Assembly (NCBI GenBank): GCA_048213135.1
Contig: PS015369.1
Coordinates: 1 to 35,817 of the forward strand
Direction: 5' to 3'
Length of the DNA stretch: 35,817 bases
DNA from: Reclinomonas americana ATCC 50394
Taxonomy: Eukaryota
Made by a program: the position numbers and the translations under genes. The notes under the pieces were generated by a model that was not told where the DNA came from, searched no databases, and worked only from the letters and a program-made list of their open reading frames with translations. Positions 27,366 through 35,817 of this stretch are shown here, piece after piece. Within the stretch, counting starts at the first letter, position 1. Every line of letters begins with the position of its first letter.

Positions 27366-30300
27366 TCATTGTGGTGGCGGCGACGGTGGATCGGTGTGCG
27401 CCACCTCGTCGCACAGCAGGAATAGCACCTTGGACCGCGATATTCTCCAGTGGTCCAGCTCGAGCAGCTCACCCGTCAACGCCTTCACGTCGGCGGCACG
27501 TCCGAGTTGCTCGACGAAAATGTCGTACTCGATGTCGTCGATGCGGTTGGAGAGCTGGAAGCAGCGTTCGATGAAGCGCTCGATGTTGAAGACGAGCGGC
27601 GTCGTCAAGTTGTGCCAGTCGGGAGCCAGGCGGATGGGAATCAGCGGCACGCCGTGCATGCGGGTCACGATTACCGAGACGCGCGCCAACGAAACGTACC
27701 CGGTCGACAACTGTGCCCCCGGTTTTCTTTCTCAGCACACAAGCACATGAAGCACACTGACGTAGTACCACTCACGGAACGCACCTCTTCGCCATTGCCG
27801 ACCGCATCGTAGCCGAGACCGACTTGAATATCGTCCATCAGGGCCATGCACAGCAAAAAGGCGCTCAGTGGCCGAATGCCCCACGTGCCGGACAGCAGGC
27901 GAGCAAAGGTCTCCACGCGCAGGTCTTGCGAACGGTAGCGCTCCACCGTGGCAACAATCGTACGCGAGTATTGACCCACCAGGTGGCTGTCGCCATACCG
28001 TTGCTGCAAAACGCATGTTATGGAGTGCATACACAAACTAACTCGCACACCCCCAATCGCCCACACCTTTAGGTTCTCCAACATAAACTCGCCCATGGTG
28101 GACCGATTGATAACATCGCGATCGGCCACCCGGTCGTGGTACATCTTGAAGTGATACGTCTCCTTGACGAAACGCAGTAGCCACTTTTTCGAACGCGCCT
28201 GCGCAGCCTCGATGCCCTCGTTGGAGTACTTGAACGACTCGCGAGGACCCACCAGGGCACGCGACATGCGGCGTCCTCCTCCCGCATTCAACAGCATGGT
28301 GCCGTAGTTTGCATCGTTGCCGTCCGGTCCGCCAATCAAATCGCCGACGCCTACACCCACGGCCATGAAATGCGCCTGCGAGGCAGGCATCGCGTCACCC
28401 AACGCGTGCATGCCGGTGGTGATTGTCGGTGCTCCACTCGCAGAGGCCATGATGGGCGCCGCCGCCGCCGCGGTGGAAAAGGCCGCCGTCGCGACGGCAT
28501 TGGCCGTGGAGTCGGTGCTGGGAACCTTGGCCAGCGGTGATATGCGTCCGCCCGACAGCAGCAGCTGCGGCTTGCTGGCCAGGCTCGTGGTGCTGCTGTG
28601 ATGTCTGTCGATGGGCACCAGGAACGACGGCAGTGACGGAGCGTGACCTGCGGCGAAGTTGGTGAGAAGCCACGGGAAAATGGTAAGCTCTCTCACTGCT
28701 GTGCTCACCTAATCTGTTGGGAGACACGTCGCGATTCGCTGAGTGTTGCGACTGCTGCTGCTGCTGCTGTTGAGCTCCTGGCGAGCGCAGCATGTGGGAT
28801 TCCGACGCCTGGCCCGTGAACACCAGGCCGGCTGGACGAGTTGTTATCTCCGGCAGGCGCACCTGACTAACGTTGGGCATGGAGGTGCTGTTGCCGCCCA
28901 GCGAATAGCTCGTGCGCAGAATGTCGGCCAGGGAGACACTGCGCACTTCCAGTGGTCGCAAACTGTTGTCGGCGGCCACTCGATCGCGCATCGCACTCGA
29001 GTTGACAATCGTCTGCAACAAGTGGAGTGAGTCGATAACTCTTTGCGGGAAGTGCGACCCTTCACACTCCACTCACCAGCGGCGACGGATGCGGCATAAA
29101 AGCGCCCCTCATGTCCACCGAGCTGGCAGCCGACTGCAGACTGCGCCGATCATCGGGGATCTCCGACAACAGTCCATCACTGTACAAGCGAGTCAGCAAA
29201 GCAACGNNNNNNNNNNNNNNNNNNNNCAATACCACCGCCGAGACCGTCGACCAGTAGTGGAGCGCCCGTGGCAAACGCAGCCACCGCACCGGAGAGATAC
29301 ATGTTTGGAGGTGGCTGTGGCTTTTGCGGCGGTGATTTGGGCGGCCGCTGGTACAAATGGGACGACGTGGACTCTCGTCCACCAATACCACCATCGCCGC
29401 CGCCGCCACCACCACCACCACCACCACCAGCGGCAGCGGCGGCGGCGATTCCGCGTGAGCGTGCCGCCTCGACCGCCTGTTTGGCCTCGGCTGTGGCTGC
29501 TGCGGCCGCGGACATGGCTGCTGCCGCGGCAGCAGTGGCCTCGGCGGCAGCCAGACGTGCGGCCTCGGTTGTGGTGCTCGCAGCCGCCAGCTGCTGTCGA
29601 AGCGAGTCCACCTCCTCCGACAACTGACCAAAGAGAGAAAGAGAGTGAGGGAGTGAGCAAAGGAGATGAGGAGACGTACACGACACACCTGCTTGGCTCG
29701 TCCCCGCTCACGCTCCGCGTCGTTCTCCAGCGTCAACACCACACTCTTCAGCTGCTCGGCGGTCTTCATGTAGCGCGCCTCCATGCCACTGGTGTCGGCC
29801 GAGTGCTGCCGGAACGAGTCCTGGGTGGGTAGCATGCGCAACGCAGAGGCGACCTCGCCATCTGAATCCATCGAGGCCGACGGCGGCGACTGGGTGCGCT
29901 GACGCCGTTGTTGCTGCTGCTGCGCACCAAACGATGCAGTGCTCGCACCATCGGGCGTGGAGGCGGCACGACCGACCGCACGCAGAGCCATCTCCATGGA
30001 CTGCAGACGATCCTCAAAGAACCGCTCCATTTCGTCCATGGCGCGACTGTGCAACGCCTGCAGGTTGTGCAGCGCCTGCGAGCCAACCACCGCCGCCGAC
30101 ATGTTCGACTTGTCCGCACTGTCCAGCTCCAACGAGCGACCGTCCACCACCGACGAGACCGACGACGGCGTTGTGCCCGAGTGCTCCACCACCGACGATG
30201 GCGAGCCTTCATCGCTGCTGCCACCACCACCACCACCACTTCGACTGGCAGTGCTGCTGTGCGAAGGAACATGGACATGCAAGCCGGCTGCAGCGGCCGC

Positions 30301-33300
30301 CGCCTTCTTACCACGCTGCTTCTTGCGCGGTCGAGCACCTGAAGCGAGCGACTGCACATGCACCTCGTCGTCGTCGTCATCACCGTCATCGCCCACAGCG
30401 TGATCGCCGTCATGCTCGCCTCTTCCGCTCGCGTCCGCAAGACTGTCAGTCGACGAGACGCGCACCAGTGTAGCCACAGCGGCCTCGGCTACGTGTGACG
30501 ACTCGGGCTTTTCGACAGGTGGCGGCGGTGGTGTCGTCTTGCTGGCGACTGGTGGTTTGCTCGGAGGCTGTCGAGTTGCGGCTGCTGGTTTCTCTGCCTC
30601 TGCTTCCGCCTTGCTGGCCTCCACAGTGTCACTCTGCCCACCATCGCTCGGTGCCGTGGCGCCACCGACGAGATCAGTGGCGGCGGGACTGCGTTGGCGG
30701 GACGGGCGACGGCCGCCCGACTTGCCGGACCGGCCACCACCGCCGCCGCTTGCCGCCGTCGCTGTCGCTGCTGCTGCTGCCGCCGCCTTGGCTTCTGCTA
30801 GTTGCCGCTGCAGGCTCTCCACCTCGCTCTCCAGCGTGCTCACACGGCGCTGCAGTTGCACCTTTTCTTCCTTCTCCCCTCGGTTTTCGGTGCTGGCACG
30901 CAGCGGAATCGCGGCCACAATCGTTGTCTCGCCACCCTCGTCGCTCTGCTCATCGTCGCCAGACTCGCCGGCCGAAACTGTGGATGATGTCGGCGACACT
31001 GCGCATAGAGAGATGAGAAAAAACACGCACAAAACCGGTAACATTGACAACAGAACTTGACATTCGTGAGTCGCTTCTCCGATGGCCGTGACCTCGGCGA
31101 GCCGAGTCGACGTCGCTGTGGGAGCCGTCCAACTCACTGCCTTGGCCTTTGCGAGTGCGGCCGATGATTCGCTTCACCGCAGCTGACTCGTCGCCGTCGC
31201 GCAAGTACGAGTCACGGGTTTGGATTGATCTGGTTTTTGCTCGGTTTTCAGCAAGTGATTTCACAGCAGCAGACCATGGCAACCACCGCACCTCTCGTAG
31301 TAGTTGACAATCTCGGTCTGTGAGTTGCCGTCGGCGGACGTAACTGCGCGCAAACATCGAAAAATGGTTGAGAAGGAGTCATGCCACCCACACTCTCCCC
31401 AACAACGCACAGGTGGCCTGCACTTCAGCAGCACACAGCAGTGGACGCGGTAGCATAGAGCGCTTGATTACGGGCAGCATTCTGAACAGCTGGATGTTGA
31501 TGTCTTCCAGGATCAGCGAGGCGTCGAAGCGGCCGTCGGACTGCCAGCAAAGAAACGACAAGAGTGTGAGTTGAATTGAAGGAGTCATGCACTCGCCCCA
31601 GCACCACGCAACAGCCACCACGAATCCCTGGCGTGTGAAGCGTTCCATGCTGGCGGTGGATCCCGGCGCAAAGTGTTCACGCAGCTCCAGCAGCGCCGAT
31701 TCCACGTCCTGTGCACCAACAACCGCCGAGATCAGGAATCAACATTCTCGACTGGCATGTTTCTCACAGGACGAAACGTAGATCATGCCGACAGTCTCCA
31801 CCAGCACAGGCTTCAGCTCCGTATAATCCACCAGCCGACGACGGCGTTGGCGTCCACCAGCTCGACGAGTCCGCGAGGCAATCTGTCTGTCGATTGTCTC
31901 CTGATCTTCCTCATCCTCCGAGTCGGTGGACAACTGGCCCAAATCGTCCTCACCACCTGCTGTTGGGCTGCTCATAAAGTCCAGGTGGCCCTCGAACATC
32001 TGCAGTCGATGCCGCAGCTCGTAGATCTGTGCATCGCGCTTCTCAATCTCCTCTCGTTGCGTGCCGATTTCGGTGTCTGGCGCGACGAGAGTGTGAGCAG
32101 CAAGTGTGCGATGACTGCAACGGAAAAACACACACGCAACGAAGTTTCGCCATCTCCTCGTGGAACTGATCCCAGTCGGTCTTCAGCTTGCCTGCCAACT
32201 CCTCAATCCTGTCGTGCAGCTGCTTGTTGTTCCTCAGCAGTACCCTGCACGCGAGTGAAGCCGAAAAGTTAGGAACCTCCACACCTGTTCATGCTTCGCT
32301 GCTTCCACCAACCAGTGACGAGCGTTTTCACCCTGCAGCCTCTCCTCCAGCTGCTTGATGGTGTCCTCCAGCGCTCCGGTCTTCTGCAGCTGCTCCTGCA
32401 ACGCTTGCTCACGCCTCCGTACCTCGATGGTGAACACCTGTCGCAGCTGCTCGAACGCGGTGGTCACACGCGTCCACATGCTCAACAAATTGCGGCGGCA
32501 GATATCCAACAGCACGCCACGCTCCATCATGTGCGTGCCCACCTGTGTTGTCATGCATCAGACGCAGCCTCGACACTTCGACACTGTGTGCGAGACTTGC
32601 AGTCGTTCACGCACCTGTCGCACGAGCTCCACCATGACCGTATTCCACACACTCAGCTCTCGCCGCAGGAAGCGATCAAACGTGTCGCTTGCGTGCTCGT
32701 CGCTGTCGCTCGAGTCCACCAGCCCGTGGTGTGCGCCGTCGAGCCGGTTCACAGAGCGCTGCTGCTCCGACAGCATCTCATCGAGGGTGCGGGCCAGCAG
32801 CAACACCTCGACACGCCCCGTCGGCTGTTCCGACGGGAAAATGCGTTTCTTCCACAGCTTCATGTGCTCGTCGAACACGGACTGCACCAGTGTGAGATCG
32901 GGAGGGACGGAGGGCGCACAGAGACAGACAGAGGCATCTTGCGCTCACCGCCTTGTCGCCGGAGCCGTGCACACCCTGCGACAGTGGCGCCGTCGAGTAC
33001 ACGTGAAACTCGACGGGAATCACCGAGTCCGGCATGTGGACGTGACTGGCGGTGATCTCGCGCATGGTGCGCGACTCGTAGTTGCTGCCAAAGAACTGCG
33101 TCAACACGTCCCGGTAGTTGATGAACTCGGAGTCGGGTCGCACGGTCGGTTGCTGCGCGACGAGTGAGTTGGTGGAGAGGTCAGCAGTCGAGCAAGCGCG
33201 CGCAACTCCCGTGTCTAGCAAGTGCGACACATCGCTCAGTGCCGACTCCAGGCGCACTAGATCGGCGTCGGACATGTACGACGTCAGCGCTTCCCTGGCC

Positions 33301-33909
33301 ACTGCGGCGGGATTGGGTGGCGGCAAGGTGAACTGCAATACGGATGGTGGTGGAGTGGAGGGCGGTGTGGGGCGTGCGGAGGGAGCGAGTGGCGTGGTGC
33401 TGGCCGCCACTGGATCCGCAGAACGCGGTCGATGTGCCGATGACACGCGACTGTTGCCCGCCGATGACGAGGACAACAGCTGCTGTTGTGCCGATGAGGA
33501 GTCCGACATCTCGCGTGGTGTCCGTTTCAGCGGCGGCAGCACGTCTCCACCACTGCCGGGCGTGACGACAACACTCCCACGGGACGCCAGCGACAGGCGT
33601 GTCACCGCCGCCGCCGCCGCCGCACCTCCATTGTTGGCAGAGGTGGCGGAAGTCGGTCGTGACAAGCGCACCGCTCGCACCGCACTGCCGCGGGCACTCT
33701 GCACCATCGGCGACGCACTGCTGGCATCGTCACGCACCGCGCCACCGTTGTCCCCCGTCCCCTCTACAAGACGCATCACTTCTGCGCGTGCACTGGCCGC
33801 GGCAATCGCCTCCAGTGCGCCCGCCTCCTCGCCCTCCTCCGCGACCTCATCATCATCGTCGGCCGACTCGAGCAAACTCGAAAAGAACTGTCGATGTGAG
33901 GTGGCGGCA
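27366..33909 (-). CDS. Large protein with axonemal dynein light chain domain (AXDND1-like), coiled-coil/low-complexity middle and TSNAXIP1-like C-terminal region; 5' end in gap
   Basis: FPSEQPTGRVEVLLLARTLDEML...ELSVWNTVMVELVRQV..HMMERGVLLDICR resembles the Ax_dynein_light motif. C-terminal SKKWLLRFVKETY...MGEFMLENLKQRYG..LV..Y...IVATVERYRSQDLRVETFARLL. About 14 exons can be joined in phase; single-gene status is inferred. Confidence 0.6.
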
Positions 33910-34632
33910 CTGTGCCATTGCGCGCAGAGTGAGAGGCTATAGTTACAAGAATGGCGAGAGACTNNNNNNNNNNNNNNNNNNNNNNNNNNNNNNNNNNNNN
34001 NNNNNNNNNNNNNNNNNNNNNNNNNNNNNNNNNNNNNNNNNNNNNNNNNNNNNNNNNNNNNNNNNNNNNNNNNNNNNNNNNNNNNNNNNNNNNNNNNNNN
34101 NNNNNNNNNNNNNNNNNNNNNNNNNNNNNNNNNNNNNNNNNNNNNNNNNNNNNNNNNNNNNNNNNNNNNNNNNNNNNNNNNNNNNNNNNNNNNNNNNNNN
34201 NNNNNNNNNNNNNNNNNNNNNNNNNNNNNNNNNNNNNNNNNNNNNNNNNNNNNNNNNNNNNNNNNNNNNNNNNNNNNNNNNNNNNNNNNNNNNNNNNNNN
34301 NNNNNNNNNNNNNNNNNNNNNNNNNNNNNNNNNNNNNNNNNNNNNNNNNNNNNNNNNNNNNNNNNNNNNNNNNNNNNNNNNNNNNNNNNNNNNNNNNNNN
34401 NNNNNNNNNNNNNNNNNNNNNNNNNNNNNNNNNNNNNNNNNNNNNNNNNNNNNNNNNNNNNNNNNNNNNNNNNNNNNNNNNNNNNNNNNNNNNNNNNNNN
34501 NNNNNNNNNNNNNNNNNNNNNNNNNNNNNNNNNNNNNNNNNNNNNNNNNNNNNNNNNNNNNNNNNNNNNNNNNNNNNNNNNNNNNNNNNNNNNNNNNNNN
34601 NNNNNNNNNNNNNNNNNNNNNNNNNNNNNNNT

Positions 34633-35817
34633 GACGCGGGATCGTCGTTCCAGCGCGCCGTCAAGGACCTCCTCACCAAGGTCAAGGACGTGCGCAGTCA
34701 GCAGGACGAGGTCAAGAAACGATTGGAGGCGGTGTCGTCGCAGTCGCCCGCTGCCAATGGTGGGGGAGCAGCTGCGTCGCCCGCCGCAGCCATGGCGTCG
34801 CTGTCGACAGTGGCCACGGTAAGAGACGAGCGAGCGAGCGCGCAGCACCACGCTGGCTTTACTTCCGCCGCAACTCACTCCCTCCCTCCCGTCTTGCACA
34901 GTCTGCCAACTCGTATCTCAACCCGACGGTGCCAGTGGAGCTCCTGTCGCGACCGATGGGTCGCGCAGCAGCACATGCCATTGCGGCGCTCTTTACGCCG
35001 CTGTCGGAGGACGAACGGCGGGGGCGATCGCGGCAGGGTGTGGCAGTGAATGGCAAGTCGCGCTCGTCGAGCACCAATGGTGGTGTCAGCACGCGGGGCG
35101 GAATGCGACGGTTATCGGCTTCACCGTCGGCAGTGGCCTCGGACGACGTGTACGAAGACGAGGGCGAGTTGGACGAGGCGGCGGAGGAGGAGGCGGAGCG
35201 GGAGTGGCGAAGGAGGAGGCGACTGCTCATGCAGCTCGCGCACCAGCAACCACTGCAGCAGCAGCAGCAGCAGCAGCAGCAAGGCACACCATCCACCAGA
35301 TCTCCGTCGCGATCGCCATCGCCGCGGAAACCGCGGCACAGAAAGTTGTGTCCTTTTCTCCTTTTTAGCTTTGCTTTCGACGGCACCGTGACTCACTCAC
35401 TGCTGGGGAATCAGAGAGGAGCTGCAGCTGGCCAAGACGGTGACCGACCTGGACAATGAGATGAACAAGTTCCGCCAGCTCGCCCGCAACCTCGCGCCCG
35501 TGACGCCGGGCGTGCCGCTAGCAGCGACACTGGCCTCCGGCACCAACATCCTCTCCATGACACCACCGGTCGTGACAAGTCCGCCCGGTGGACGTGGTGG
35601 TGGTGGTTCATTACCGGTTTTGGGTCGGTCGCCAACTGGAGCGTTGCGCTTCGCGGCAGGATCGCCGCCATCGCACGGCTCAATGGGGACGCGCTCCTCT
35701 TCCTACTCGCTCTCCATGTCGCCGGTGCGCGGGGCTGGTGGTGCAGGGTCGCCGAATTCTGGTGGTGCACCACGCCTGCGCGACCTCATGACACGCCTCA
35801 ATGGCGGTGGTCGAGCA
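34633..35817 (+). CDS. Partial hypothetical low-complexity/coiled-coil protein (5' in gap, 3' off window)
   Basis: Exons about 34633-34817 (donor GTAAG), 34901-35344 and 35415-end join in frame: ...VKDLLTKVKDVRSQQDEVKKRLE...polyQ...KEELQLAKTVTDLDNEMNKFRQL. Confidence 0.55.

Overview
Gene-dense, intron-rich, GC-rich eukaryotic (protist-like) genomic DNA with five N gaps (1305-1666, 6430-7145, 16275-16513, 29207-29226, 33964-34631) and abundant CA/GA/CT microsatellites. Splicing the ORF fragments by hand gives about 12 genes: a partial membrane-anchored hypothetical (-), an HSPA12-type atypical Hsp70 (+), an intronless WD40 protein (-), isoaspartyl peptidase/L-asparaginase (+), adenylosuccinate lyase (-), a WHEP-containing glycyl-tRNA synthetase (-), a coiled-coil protein (+), a coiled-coil/TerD-like/Dilute-like protein (-), a ZIP metal transporter (-), NatC catalytic subunit NAA30 (+), a tandem cNMP-binding protein (+), a large axonemal-dynein-light-chain-domain protein (-), plus a partial low-complexity gene at the right edge. 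The most striking signal is in the splice sites: at least 17 frame-consistent introns start with GTTGCG/GTTGAG (the local GTGCG/GTGAG donor with one extra T), never after an exonic G, suggesting a common shifted/bulged-register 5' splice-site class. Other points of interest are a mitochondrial-type presequence on ADSL, a TerD+Dilute domain fusion, intronic repeat arrays (two inside GC-AG introns) and extremely short intergenic spacers. All exon boundaries and domain calls are manual inferences; no database search was run.
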